Made by a program: the position numbers and the translations under genes. A stretch of 64,000 nt of DNA, from the sequence record PP895363.1; one strand, given 5' to 3'. Positions 44,297 to 54,173 of this stretch are shown piece after piece. The notes beneath the pieces were generated by a model, which did not search any database, was not told where the DNA came from, and saw nothing but the letters and a program-made list of their open reading frames with translations. Position 1 is the first letter of the stretch. Every line of letters begins with the position of its first letter. The stretch comes from Klebsiella phage FKP3.

Positions 44297-45412
44297 ATCG
44301 GCTACATATTAATAGAGCCGGAAGATTTACATAAGTATATTGATGAAAATACAACACTTGTAATTGACTATGATCAGATTGCTTTCCAAGCAGCATCTGC
44401 TTTAGAGAAACGTTCAATCAGAGTTATACACAAATCTTCTGGGAACACAAAAGAGTTTGATAAACGTACCGATTTTTGGGGAAGTAGTAAAACAACCATT
44501 GGGGGTTGGTTAGGAGCTTTAAATAGCTCAAGAGAGAAGGCAGGCAAAAAAACTTTCTCAAAAGAAGATTTTGACATTGAAGATGTTCAAGTTGCTCCTG
44601 ACAATATTGCATTCACTTTTCAAGCAGCAAAAACAAAAATCGGTGGTATTTTAGACCATCTAAAAGTAACAAAATACCGTGGCATTATCGGTGTAGGTAA
44701 AACATTCCGGCATTTATTCCAAATGCCAACAGAATACAAATCTGAAAGATCTGAAATAAAACCCTTACAATTATCTGAGACTAAAAATTACCTTGTTGAG
44801 CAGCATAACGGGGATGTGGTTACAGGTATTGAAGCAGATGATGAACTTGAAAAATTCGGTTTTACTGGATACTTAGATTATCGTAAAACAGGAAAATTCT
44901 CATATATCGTTTGTTCTATTGATAAGGACAGCTTATCCACTCCTAGCTTACTATTCAACTTCTATAAAGAAGATGGCGTGTTTAAAACACCTCAGATAAT
45001 TCTGATAGATGACTCTATCGGAGATATTTGGGTAGTAGAAAAAAGTAAAAAGAAAGAGGTTAAGGGTTGGGGTAGTTATTGGTTAGCATATCAGATGCTT
45101 ATGGGAGATAAAACAGATAGTATCCGTCCATACCAAGATTTTGATATTAAATTTGGCGATATGACATGTTATAAATTAATATCCCAGTGTAAAACCCAAG
45201 CAGAATTATTCCAAACCGTAAAAGATCAATACTATGAATGGTTCCCTACAGGAGTTACTTTTACATCTTTCGATGGAGTAGATGTATATCTGACTACTGA
45301 TGAATGGCTAGAAATAATATTTCAATTGGTTTATATGAAACGTTGGGATAAAGATGAAACGACATTTGAGAGTATGCTACAAAGCTATATCTCAAAAGAG
45401 GAGGAAGTTTGA
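44297..45412 (+). CDS. 5'-3' exonuclease / flap endonuclease (T4 RNase H-like); start codon uncertain (AUC at 44297?)
   Basis: LVIDYDQIAFQAASAL and LMGDKTDSIRPY parallel T4 RNase H (ICLIDFSQIALSTAL, LKGDKKDNV) as I recall it. The frame is open from 44288, but the first in-frame ATG/GTG/TTG is at 44723. AGGAGG lies 5 nt before the ATC at 44297. Confidence 0.5.
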   Translation: MGYILIEPEDLHKYIDENTTLVIDYDQIAFQAASALEKRSIRVIHKSSGNTKEFDKRTDFWGSSKTTIGGWLGALNSSREKAGKKTFSKEDFDIEDVQVAPDNIAFTFQAAKTKIGGILDHLKVTKYRGIIGVGKTFRHLFQMPTEYKSERSEIKPLQLSETKNYLVEQHNGDVVTGIEADDELEKFGFTGYLDYRKTGKFSYIVCSIDKDSLSTPSLLFNFYKEDGVFKTPQIILIDDSIGDIWVVEKSKKKEVKGWGSYWLAYQMLMGDKTDSIRPYQDFDIKFGDMTCYKLISQCKTQAELFQTVKDQYYEWFPTGVTFTSFDGVDVYLTTDEWLEIIFQLVYMKRWDKDETTFESMLQSYISKEEEV

Positions 45413-46377
45413 GTAAGTTAACAAATGAACAGAAAATCGAAATTGCATCGATGAAAGCTGCGGGTTATTCTTCCCGACATATCGCAGCCAAGGTGCTAGG
45501 AAGCTCTAGTAGAAAAAGTACAGTAAACGACTTTCTTGCGAGACAAGAAAGCGTTAGTGAGATTAAAGATATTCCTGATGGAATTAAGCAACCTGTGATA
45601 AAAATTATTGATGTGGAAACAGCACCAGAAATTGTATATAGTTTCCGCCGTTTCAAAGCTTTTATTTCGCCAGATCAAGTTATTAAACGCGGCTACCTGT
45701 TGTCTTATTCTATCTCTGATCTCTACACCGGAGAAGTTGAAGGTAAAAATTTAACTTCATACCCGTTGTTCGATATCGATCATACAGATGATTGGGAATT
45801 ATGTCAAGACTTATGGCAGATTCTAGATGATGCTGATGTGGTTGTCGCACATAATGGGTATAAGTTTGATAGAGCCTACATTAATCAAAGATTTGCTTAT
45901 CATGGTATGAAACCACCATCTACGTATGTTGTTGTAGACACATTGAAAGCAGCCAAGAAACAGTTTGCGCTACCATCCAACTCATTAAAAGAAATGGGTG
46001 CATACTTTGAAACAGAGAGCGAAAAGCTAGATAATGAAGGATTCCCACTGTGGAAAGCTTGTTGCGAAGGGGATAGAAGTGCTTTCGAACGTATGCAAAC
46101 ATATAATGACGGGGATGTAGTTTCATTACGTGATTTGTATATTAAAATCTTGGCGTGGATTCCTCAACATCCTAATCTGTCAGCTTATTACGAAGACGAG
46201 AATGTTCGTTGTCCTCGTTGTGGGAAGGATCATTTAGAAATTGTACCTGGTAAGTTTTATCATACCACGGTAAGTACATTCCAAGTGTTGCGCTGCTCCT
46301 CTTGCAACAGCTTGTCTCGTGGGCGTATTAACCTACGTAATAAAGAAAAACGTGCCAATACAACTATTGGTATCTAA
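45409..46377 (+). CDS. DEDDy-type 3'-5' exonuclease with N-terminal HTH and C-terminal Zn ribbon
   Basis: Exo I IIDVETAP, Exo II VVAHNGYKFD, Exo III YNDGDVVSLRDLY; CPRCG...CSSC. Confidence 0.5.
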   Translation: MSKLTNEQKIEIASMKAAGYSSRHIAAKVLGSSSRKSTVNDFLARQESVSEIKDIPDGIKQPVIKIIDVETAPEIVYSFRRFKAFISPDQVIKRGYLLSYSISDLYTGEVEGKNLTSYPLFDIDHTDDWELCQDLWQILDDADVVVAHNGYKFDRAYINQRFAYHGMKPPSTYVVVDTLKAAKKQFALPSNSLKEMGAYFETESEKLDNEGFPLWKACCEGDRSAFERMQTYNDGDVVSLRDLYIKILAWIPQHPNLSAYYEDENVRCPRCGKDHLEIVPGKFYHTTVSTFQVLRCSSCNSLSRGRINLRNKEKRANTTIGI

Positions 46378-46382
46378 CACAC

Positions 46383-46407
46383 AGGGGCTTCGGCCCCTTT
46401 CTTATTT
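46383..46407 (+). terminator. rho-independent terminator
   Basis: AGGGGCTTCGGCCCCT followed by TTCTTATTT. Confidence 0.5.
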
Positions 46408-46416
46408 AGGAGATTA

Positions 46417-46816
46417 TATGTCTGATGCATTAAACATTCAAATAGATGGCACGCATTACAAACGTCTTAAAATGCAGCCTCTGGAACTAGCCTACTTGGT
46501 GGGTGGGACGCCTTGTTTTACTAAGCTTGCAAAATATCTTGTTCGTGATAAAGGGGATCGTAGGATTAACCTTGACAAAGCTATCCATTGCATTAAAATT
46601 GAAGAGCAAATCAATGAAACTGCTACTTACCATGTTCTAGACTGCTATCCAACCCTTTCTAACTATGCTAAAAAAGACCAAGCCCAGATGGTAATCAACA
46701 TGTACTCTGATGACCCTTTTATACAAGCGGCTTTAAAAGCAATGCTTAATCAAGATTACAGAGCTGCTGTCCTAGAGGTGGAAGCTCTTAAGAGGTCACT
46801 AGATGGCGGAGAGTAA
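46417..46816 (+). CDS. hypothetical protein
   Basis: ORF-track 46319-46816; ATG at 46417 follows AGGAG. Confidence 0.3.
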
Positions 46817-46991
46817 ACAATACAAGGAAGGAGATGTTTATCATATTTATAATAAAAGAAAAAGCAAACTTCTTCATACTATTGTTATCCCCGAACATAT
46901 GTGTAAATCAGGTTTAGATAGAATGCTATTTTTCAAATATAACATTCCACCGGGTGATTATTCAGCAGAGAAGGTAGGTAGTAGTGAATAA
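46803..46991 (+). CDS. hypothetical protein
   Basis: 62 aa ORF. Confidence 0.25.
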   Translation: MAESKQYKEGDVYHIYNKRKSKLLHTIVIPEHMCKSGLDRMLFFKYNIPPGDYSAEKVGSSE

Positions 46992-47556
46992 AGAACCAAA
47001 AATAATGTGGGGAGAAGGAACTCCCTGGAAAACACAAGCAGAATTTTATACATATATAAGAGGGTGTTTACGAAAAGCATGGATGAGACACCCCAATAAA
47101 ATAAGAAAAATCAATGCAGTTAGATTCAAAGTAGATAGACTTGACAAAGATGGTAATGTCATGTTAGATAAGAAAACAGGTAAGCCAAAGCAAATATGGA
47201 ATTGCACTTGTGATATCTGTGGTCATACAGGTAAAATGGCAGACTTCCAAGTAGATCATATCCATCCAGCTAAAGCCTTAACATGCTATGAGGATTTACC
47301 AGGATTTGTTCTACGTCTTCTATATGTCAAAGAAGAAGATTTGCGTATCCTGTGTAAACAGTGTAATGCAATACATGCTTATGCAGATAAGCATGGGATT
47401 TCTTTTGAAGAAGCTAGGATAGAGAAAGAAGCAATTGCTTTGTGTTCGGCTAAAAAAGATAAAGCTTGGCTTACAAAGCGTGGGGTTATTCCCGCCAGTA
47501 CAATAATTAAGCGAAGAAAACAGATAGTTGAAATTTTGCTTGCATCTAAGTCTTAA
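46984..47556 (+). CDS. HNH-motif nuclease
   Basis: CTCDICGHTG...DHIHPAKAL...CKQCN: Cys pairs flanking an HNH-like His. Confidence 0.35.
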   Translation: MNKEPKIMWGEGTPWKTQAEFYTYIRGCLRKAWMRHPNKIRKINAVRFKVDRLDKDGNVMLDKKTGKPKQIWNCTCDICGHTGKMADFQVDHIHPAKALTCYEDLPGFVLRLLYVKEEDLRILCKQCNAIHAYADKHGISFEEARIEKEAIALCSAKKDKAWLTKRGVIPASTIIKRRKQIVEILLASKS

Positions 47557-47598
47557 GAGAGTAATATAAGCCCCACAGACGGGGCTTTGAGGAGAAAC

Positions 47599-48198
47599 AT
47601 GAGAATCGTTTGTGATTGTGATTTAGTAATAGCTCCGGCTGATGTTGCCTGGCTTGCCTGGTTGAATGCTGTAAGTGGTGATAATGTGGTATTGCCAACA
47701 TCTGGCAAAGATGCACTTTATAACCTAGCCGATTACTTCCCAGACTTCGAAAAAAGGTTTGGTATTGATCCGCACTCATTCTGGGATAATCAGCATCTCT
47801 ACGACACAATGGGTACAGTGCCAGGTAGCGTGAACACTCTTAACTATCTGGGTAAGGCTGGAGATACTCTTCTTATCGCAAGCCATACAAAGGGTGGACA
47901 TTTTAGTTCCAAATATCGTTATATAAAGCGTAACCTTCCTGAATTTGATTTTGGGAGAGGCACAGGTAATGGCTTCTTCGCAACCAAGGAGAAATACTTA
48001 CTACCTTGTGATATAACAATTGATGATCGGGCAGAAAATCTTGTGCTATTCCCGGATCATGTTGTAAAGATATACTTTAATACTATTTACGAAGACCCAT
48101 TTTTAGAAGAATTAAAAGCACTACCAAATGTATTGATAACTTCAATTGAAGATCCTTGGAAGGATATCTTTAATGTTGTGGACATTTATCATAAATAA
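47599..48198 (+). CDS. HAD-superfamily phosphatase (possible 5'-deoxynucleotidase)
   Basis: N-terminal IVCDCDLVIAP (DxD catalytic motif) after GAGGAG RBS; ORF-track 47587-48198. Confidence 0.35.
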   Translation: MRIVCDCDLVIAPADVAWLAWLNAVSGDNVVLPTSGKDALYNLADYFPDFEKRFGIDPHSFWDNQHLYDTMGTVPGSVNTLNYLGKAGDTLLIASHTKGGHFSSKYRYIKRNLPEFDFGRGTGNGFFATKEKYLLPCDITIDDRAENLVLFPDHVVKIYFNTIYEDPFLEELKALPNVLITSIEDPWKDIFNVVDIYHK

Positions 48199-48207
48199 GG
48201 AGAAACA

Positions 48208-49155
48208 ATGCCAGATATTAGCGCAAAAGTAATTGCTCATTCACATAATGGGCGTGGAAATGAAATCATCACCTTCGAGTTGGAATATCCTCGAATCATC
48301 CATAGCGAGTTAATGACACATCGCTTATTCAGTAGAAATGCTGCTTCTAGCCGCGCAATTCCAGTAAAAACACTAATTGAAATGGTTAGAAATGAACCTG
48401 CAATGCCTTATCGGTTTGGGGCTAATCAACCAGGTATGCAAGATAAGGGCGTAGAACACGATGGTATTGTGGGTGCAGGATACACTGGTCGTGAATGGTG
48501 GAAATTGGCTGCTCTTAGTGCAGCACGTTTTGCAGAGGAACTAGCAGAAGCTGGTTATCATAAGCAGATTGCTAATCGTCTCCTAGAGCCGTTCCAGAGA
48601 ATGAAAACAGTACTCACTGCAACAGAGTATGAAAACTTTTGGTGGCTGCGTGTAGACGCTGATGCTGATCCGACTATCGAAGCTCTTGCTATTGCGATGC
48701 ACAAAGAGTATGAAGCATCTGAACCAGAACTGTTGCAACCCGGACAATGGCATACGCCTTATGTCTATCATTCAACAGATATTAAAGGTAATTTTGCTGG
48801 ATATTACATCTTAGATGAAAATGGTGAATGGCCTGTAGATTTGACACTGGAAGAAGCGAAGTCTATTTCAGCTTCCTGTTGTGCTCAGGTGAGTTATCGT
48901 CGTCTAAACTCTACTAAAGATAAGGCTTTGGATATCTATGGACGTTTACTGACTGGTCGTAAGGTACATGCTTCTCCATTTGAGCATCAGGGAACACCTA
49001 TGGAAGAAATAGATGGGTATAAAAATATGCAGGAATACAAGTGTGGTTGGGAAGACGGGGTAACACATATGGATCGAGATGGTGATTTATGGTCTGCAAA
49101 CTTTAAAGGATGGATTCAACATCGTCAGCTTTTGGATAACCACACCAAGTGGTAA
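48208..49155 (+). CDS. thyX: flavin-dependent thymidylate synthase ThyX
   Basis: ThyX signature RHRLFSRNAASSRAIP (RHR-X7-S); 315 aa. Confidence 0.8.
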   Translation: MPDISAKVIAHSHNGRGNEIITFELEYPRIIHSELMTHRLFSRNAASSRAIPVKTLIEMVRNEPAMPYRFGANQPGMQDKGVEHDGIVGAGYTGREWWKLAALSAARFAEELAEAGYHKQIANRLLEPFQRMKTVLTATEYENFWWLRVDADADPTIEALAIAMHKEYEASEPELLQPGQWHTPYVYHSTDIKGNFAGYYILDENGEWPVDLTLEEAKSISASCCAQVSYRRLNSTKDKALDIYGRLLTGRKVHASPFEHQGTPMEEIDGYKNMQEYKCGWEDGVTHMDRDGDLWSANFKGWIQHRQLLDNHTKW

Positions 49156-49164
49156 TTTAAGTAT

Positions 49165-49222
49165 TGACTTTTACTTGAGATTAATGTAAGATAGCATAAC
49201 GTTGGGAGAGCTATAGCTCTCC
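49165..49222 (+). promoter_or_regulatory. promoter TTGACT-N16-TAAGAT followed by perfect palindrome GGAGAGCTATAGCTCTCC
   Basis: Located in the 88-nt gap between thyX and the next gene; the palindrome lies between the predicted +1 and the RBS. Confidence 0.35.
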
Positions 49223-49243
49223 TTTGGAGAATAAGGAGAATTT

Positions 49244-49657
49244 ATGTCACTAATTAATACAACCACTTGGGCGACCGTAAGCATGTCTACCATCAAAGCT
49301 ACACCTATCTGGCAGAAAAAAGAACAGGAAAATAATGGCACAATCCCAAATTCAGAATATTCTAATGTGTTACGAGCTGCTCTCGTTATGTTAGGTATGC
49401 CTGAAAATGGACATTACACTGTTGAGCGCGATATGAATATTCGTAGTAATAATAATCGTCGTGTTGTTTATGCTAAAACCACTTTATTTACTTTCCCTGT
49501 AGATGCAAATTGTCTATTTAAACGTGTATATCAAAACAATGACATTTTACATTTTGGAGAAGAAGAATTCGAAGGTTGGGGTGTTTCTCATATTAAAATG
49601 GAAGACTTTGGAAATGAACATGATCCGTCACGTAATGATGATGGCTCTGATTTCTAA
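49244..49657 (+). CDS. hypothetical protein
   Basis: 137 aa ORF. Confidence 0.3.
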   Translation: MSLINTTTWATVSMSTIKATPIWQKKEQENNGTIPNSEYSNVLRAALVMLGMPENGHYTVERDMNIRSNNNRRVVYAKTTLFTFPVDANCLFKRVYQNNDILHFGEEEFEGWGVSHIKMEDFGNEHDPSRNDDGSDF

Positions 49658-49669
49658 TTGAGAGGCCAA

Positions 49670-49918
49670 ATGACCGAAAGTAATAAATATGAAGGTTGTG
49701 ATATTGAAGTTTACTTTGATGAAAGTATTGGCTGTAATGTCACAGTAATTAAAGACACATCTAAACGATTATCCCCTAAAAGACAAGAAGCAGATCGTAA
49801 AGCTAAAGAAAAAGGTTTTCAAGATATTACTCATTTTGAAGGATTCTTATATGCAAATGGCTTATATAACGAAATGAAAACAGGGTATGATGTAGATGTT
49901 TTAAATATGCATAATTAA
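49670..49918 (+). CDS. hypothetical protein
   Basis: ORF-track 49658-49918; ATG at 49670. Confidence 0.3.
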   Translation: MTESNKYEGCDIEVYFDESIGCNVTVIKDTSKRLSPKRQEADRKAKEKGFQDITHFEGFLYANGLYNEMKTGYDVDVLNMHN

Positions 49919-49928
49919 TGGAGTAGAA

Positions 49929-52178
49929 GTGATTCGATACGTAACCAAATCTAATGGAAAGAAAGAAGAGTTTAATCCCGAGAAACTTCGTAAATGGTCT
50001 GAATTCGCTGCTGGAAAACTAAACTGGTCTGAAATTGAATTAGAAGCTGTAAAACGTTGTTATGATGGGGTGTCAACACGCGATCTGCATAAGGCAATGA
50101 TCTCTGCGTGTATTGACAAGAAAACTCAAGCATATAGTGATATGGCTGGTCGATTACTTCTTGGTATGATTTATAAGCAGGCACATGGGGGATACCACAG
50201 TATCCCTTCCCTGAATGATTTCTATAGAGATATGGTGAGCCAAGGCCACTGGATCAAAATGGATTATACCGAAGAAGAAATTAAAGAAATCGGCAAGATT
50301 GTTAAACACGATAAGAACTTGGGCTATGGTTACTCTGTTCTTCGCCAAATGTCAGATAAATACTTAGTTAAAGATGCCGTGAACGATATTGTTCATGAAT
50401 CTCCACAGTTCTTATTTATCGGTGTGGCAATGAAGGTAATGGAAATCCAGCCAAAGGAACGACGCATCGAAGATATTAAGCGCCTGTACACCTATGTCAG
50501 CGATCTTAAAATCAATCTGCCGTCACCTTATCTGACGACACTGCGTACTCCTATTCCGGGCAGTGCTTCTTGTTGTTTGTTCCGTGCAGACGATACAGCA
50601 GAATCGTTGGCTATTGCAAACTATCTTGCGCACGAGTATACTCTGAATAACGCTGGTATTGGTGTTAACCTTCAGACTCGTGCTACGGGACAAGGAGTTA
50701 AGAAAAACCGTATTATTCACGGTGGATTACTTCCCTATTTGAAGTGGATGGAAGATAGTGTTGGTGCTTCAAAACAGGCAAGTCGTGGTGGTAGTGCTAC
50801 CGTCACATACACTATCTTGGAACCAGATTTTGATGACTTAATCCGTATCAAGAATCCAACAACTCCAGTTGACAAGCGTGTAGATAAGTTAGATTATTCT
50901 GTTGTGGTTAACCGTTCCTTCCTGCGTCGTGCAGCGAAAGGTGAAGAATGGATGTTGGTAAGTTGTGATGATGCTCCAGAACTCTACGAGGCTCTTTATA
51001 AGAGCGAAGAAGAGTTTGATGAGGTTTATGACCGTGTTAGTCGTAAACGTATTAAAAAGAAATTCGTTAAAGCTCGTGACCTATTGACGGAGATTATTAT
51101 TCAACGTGCAGAAACAGGACGTATTTATATGTTCTTTGCTGACAACGTAAATAATCACACACCGTTTATTGATACCGTGTATCAGTCAAACCTGTGTCAG
51201 GAAATTTTCCTGCCGACGAAAGCATTCCATAAGATGACGGATCTTTTCACTGGTGATAATACTGAGGATCAGGAATTAGCTTTGTGCTTCCTATCTTCTA
51301 TCGTTGCTGGTAGAGTTAAACCGGAAGAGTATGAAGATGTCGCTTACTATACCGTATTGACAATCGACAACGTTATTGAGACAATGGTTTACCCATTCAA
51401 GCACAATGAGATCACAGCGAAAGCTCGTCGTTCCATCGGTGTTGGGATTACAAACCTCGCTCATTATCTCGCAAGTAACTTCGCGACATATTCTGACCCT
51501 TATGGTAAGAAACTGATTCACGAGTTAGCTGAACGCCACTATTTCTGGTTGGCAAGTGCATCTCTTCGCTTGGCGAAAGAGAAAGGTAATGCAGAATGGA
51601 TTGACAAAACCAAATGGCCTCAAGGTTGGCTCCCAATTGACACCTACTCAAAAGCGGTAGACGATATTGGCAACTTTGAGTTGAAACACGATTGGGAAGG
51701 ATTACGCCAGGAGATTATTGCCCAGGGTGGTATCCGCAATAGCGTATTAACCGCTATTGCACCAAACGAATCAAGTAGCCTAGTGAGTAACACTACTAAC
51801 TCTGTATATCCAGTACGTGACACAATCATGTATAAACAGAGTCAGAAAGGTAATGTATTGTTCATTGTACCTGACTACGAAAAGCTGAAGACTGTTTATC
51901 AGAGTGCATGGGATACTCCTGCAAAAGATATTGCGGAAATGTACGGATTGTTAACTAAATTCATGGATCAGGGTATTTCCTGTGACGAATGGGTTGACTA
52001 TTCGAAAATGGATGGTGGTCGTCTATCTATTAAAGCTCAGATGCAATTTATCTTTACATTTGCTAAGTTAGGTGGTAAGTCTCTTTACTATCTGAATAGT
52101 AAAACTAAGTCAGCCGAATCTTTGGCTCAAGAGGATTCTGGTTTTGATGAAGATGGTTGTTCCGCTTGCAAGATGTAG
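49929..52178 (+). CDS. nrdA: ribonucleotide reductase large subunit NrdA (class Ia)
   Basis: 749 aa, N-terminal ATP-cone (VTKSNGKKEEFNPEKL), catalytic-core length and C-terminal Cys pair (CSACKM). Confidence 0.85.
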   Translation: MIRYVTKSNGKKEEFNPEKLRKWSEFAAGKLNWSEIELEAVKRCYDGVSTRDLHKAMISACIDKKTQAYSDMAGRLLLGMIYKQAHGGYHSIPSLNDFYRDMVSQGHWIKMDYTEEEIKEIGKIVKHDKNLGYGYSVLRQMSDKYLVKDAVNDIVHESPQFLFIGVAMKVMEIQPKERRIEDIKRLYTYVSDLKINLPSPYLTTLRTPIPGSASCCLFRADDTAESLAIANYLAHEYTLNNAGIGVNLQTRATGQGVKKNRIIHGGLLPYLKWMEDSVGASKQASRGGSATVTYTILEPDFDDLIRIKNPTTPVDKRVDKLDYSVVVNRSFLRRAAKGEEWMLVSCDDAPELYEALYKSEEEFDEVYDRVSRKRIKKKFVKARDLLTEIIIQRAETGRIYMFFADNVNNHTPFIDTVYQSNLCQEIFLPTKAFHKMTDLFTGDNTEDQELALCFLSSIVAGRVKPEEYEDVAYYTVLTIDNVIETMVYPFKHNEITAKARRSIGVGITNLAHYLASNFATYSDPYGKKLIHELAERHYFWLASASLRLAKEKGNAEWIDKTKWPQGWLPIDTYSKAVDDIGNFELKHDWEGLRQEIIAQGGIRNSVLTAIAPNESSSLVSNTTNSVYPVRDTIMYKQSQKGNVLFIVPDYEKLKTVYQSAWDTPAKDIAEMYGLLTKFMDQGISCDEWVDYSKMDGGRLSIKAQMQFIFTFAKLGGKSLYYLNSKTKSAESLAQEDSGFDEDGCSACKM

Positions 52179-52183
52179 TATCA

Positions 52184-52209
52184 AGGGGCGAAAGCCCCTT
52201 TATTTTTCT
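52184..52209 (+). terminator. rho-independent terminator after nrdA
   Basis: AGGGGCGAAAGCCCCT followed by TTATTTTTCT. Confidence 0.5.
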
Positions 52210-52219
52210 AAGGAGGATT

Positions 52220-52549
52220 ATGAATTCTATAATCGTATTGTCTGGAGTAACCAAGTTACTACCGCTCAAGAATTATGTCTTGGTTGACCCAAAAGATTTC
52301 ACATTGGATTGGTGTTGTCAGTTTATCGGAGGAACGGATTTTACTAGTGCGGAGATCTGGGAATCTTTTGACTCTAAGGCAACTGCATATACGCTCTCCA
52401 GAGTAAGAACCTATGGTTCAGAATTTAGTGTGCTACTAACACAAAGTGTGTGGGATGGTTTGGAAGAATACTATCGAGAATATGGTGTCAAAGAGAGTGA
52501 GATAGAAGTGTTAAAATCATGGTGTGATATAGTGGAGGATTTAAAATAA
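52220..52549 (+). CDS. hypothetical protein between nrdA and nrdB
   Basis: AAGGAGG RBS then ATG 52220; ORF-track 52157-52549. Confidence 0.3.
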   Translation: MNSIIVLSGVTKLLPLKNYVLVDPKDFTLDWCCQFIGGTDFTSAEIWESFDSKATAYTLSRVRTYGSEFSVLLTQSVWDGLEEYYREYGVKESEIEVLKSWCDIVEDLK

Positions 52550-53634
52550 TGGCAGCAATTAACCTACATAACGAAACTTATAAAGAGGGTAAATACCCTG
52601 TCTTCTTAGGTGAACAACTGGGAATTTTCGATTCTATCAACGTCACCTATCCTGAAATGCATCGTTTGTACAAACTACAAAAGGCCCAAGATTGGGATGA
52701 AAATGAAGTCAACTTAGATCAAACAAGAAAAGACTTCGTAGCGTGTTCTGCAAATAACTACGATGTGATGATAAAGAACCTGTCGTTCCAGTGGGAGAAT
52801 GATTCCCTGGCGAAATCTATTATCACGTTGTTCGCTCCGTTCCTGAGTAATAACGAAGCTTGTGCGATGATGATGAAGCAGTCTGAAATTGAAGTGCTTC
52901 ACGCTCTCACTTACTCTGAAATTATCCGTCAGTGTATTCCAAATCCAAACGAAGTGATTGAACAAATCATGGAGAATGACCGTATTTTCCAGCGTATGGG
53001 TGTTGTGGAAGAAGTTATGTCCGAACTGTATGAAGCTGGTCACAAATACGCCCTTGGTGAATTGGAAGCAAATGACGACCTGCGTCTGCTGATCCTCAAA
53101 GGTATGATTGCTCTAATTGGTCTGGAAGGTATTCAGTTTATTTCTTCTTTCTCTGCAACATTTGCTTTAGCAGAGCAACAATTGTTCGTTGGTGCATGTA
53201 AGCTGATTCAGAAAATTATGTTGGATGAGGTATTGCATGTTAAGATGGATTATGCTATTATTGACGCGCTGATGAAAGAACCTGAATGGAAGAAAGTTTA
53301 TGAAGATAACATTGAAGAGCTGACTGGTATTCTGGATACTATTATTGCCCAAGAAGAAGATTGGTGCGATTACCTGTTCAGTGAAGGACGTGTTATTGTT
53401 GGCCTGAATGCTGAGCTGTCAAAACAATGGGTTTACTTCAATGCTGCACCTATTTATCGTCGTTTAAAGATGAAACACAAATTCCGTGCTCCAAAACAAA
53501 CCCCTTTAGCCTGGATGGATGTGTGGCTAAACCCGGATCAAATTCAAGCAGCAGCCCAAGAGATTCAGCGTACTGATTATAAACTTAATTCAGCAAATAA
53601 AGATATTTCTGATGATGAAGAGTTTGATTTTTGA
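52549..53634 (+). CDS. nrdB: ribonucleotide reductase small subunit NrdB
   Basis: 361 aa; di-iron ligand context (...EVLHAL..., ...EGIQFISSFSATF...) and acidic C-terminal tail. Confidence 0.8.
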   Translation: MAAINLHNETYKEGKYPVFLGEQLGIFDSINVTYPEMHRLYKLQKAQDWDENEVNLDQTRKDFVACSANNYDVMIKNLSFQWENDSLAKSIITLFAPFLSNNEACAMMMKQSEIEVLHALTYSEIIRQCIPNPNEVIEQIMENDRIFQRMGVVEEVMSELYEAGHKYALGELEANDDLRLLILKGMIALIGLEGIQFISSFSATFALAEQQLFVGACKLIQKIMLDEVLHVKMDYAIIDALMKEPEWKKVYEDNIEELTGILDTIIAQEEDWCDYLFSEGRVIVGLNAELSKQWVYFNAAPIYRRLKMKHKFRAPKQTPLAWMDVWLNPDQIQAAAQEIQRTDYKLNSANKDISDDEEFDF

Positions 53635-53643
53635 GGAGAAAAC

Positions 53644-53847
53644 ATGATTGAATTTGAAGACGCTAGTATAATTTCAGAATTAGTTGTTGAGGAAGGTGGT
53701 GCTGTTGACTTTGTGTCTAATGATGGAAGTCTTAAGAAAGGTTACTCCATATTCGTCAAATCAGAAGAATCAGGAGATATTTTTGAGTTGGTGTTATCAG
53801 AACTAGAGTTGAAAACTATGCTTAAACAGATTAAAGAGGAGTTATAA
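53644..53847 (+). CDS. hypothetical acidic protein
   Basis: 67 aa ORF. Confidence 0.25.
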   Translation: MIEFEDASIISELVVEEGGAVDFVSNDGSLKKGYSIFVKSEESGDIFELVLSELELKTMLKQIKEEL

Positions 53848-54173
53848 TGGGAATTGATATTGGCTGGAAAATGATTCAAGGTGCTCCTTTCTCAGTTTGG
53901 GAGCAAGCATTAGGAGATAATGAAGAAGTTGTTGAAGGATATGATGGGGATTTCACTTGGTTCCTATATGATTGTCTTAAAGTAGTTTCTGCTTCTCCTT
54001 ATTATGATGCTGCTCAAGAAGATTGTATGTTTGGTGTTGAACTAGCTGGCGGGGATTATGCAAAAGATATAGATTTGAAATTCCTTACTGTAAAGGCTGA
54101 AGAAATTGCTAAAGAACTTAAAGAGAAATATGGAATTGAGACAACAACCATTTGCAGTCAAAATGTTTGGTAA
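53847..54173 (+). CDS. hypothetical protein
   Basis: 108 aa ORF. Confidence 0.3.
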   Translation: MGIDIGWKMIQGAPFSVWEQALGDNEEVVEGYDGDFTWFLYDCLKVVSASPYYDAAQEDCMFGVELAGGDYAKDIDLKFLTVKAEEIAKELKEKYGIETTTICSQNVW

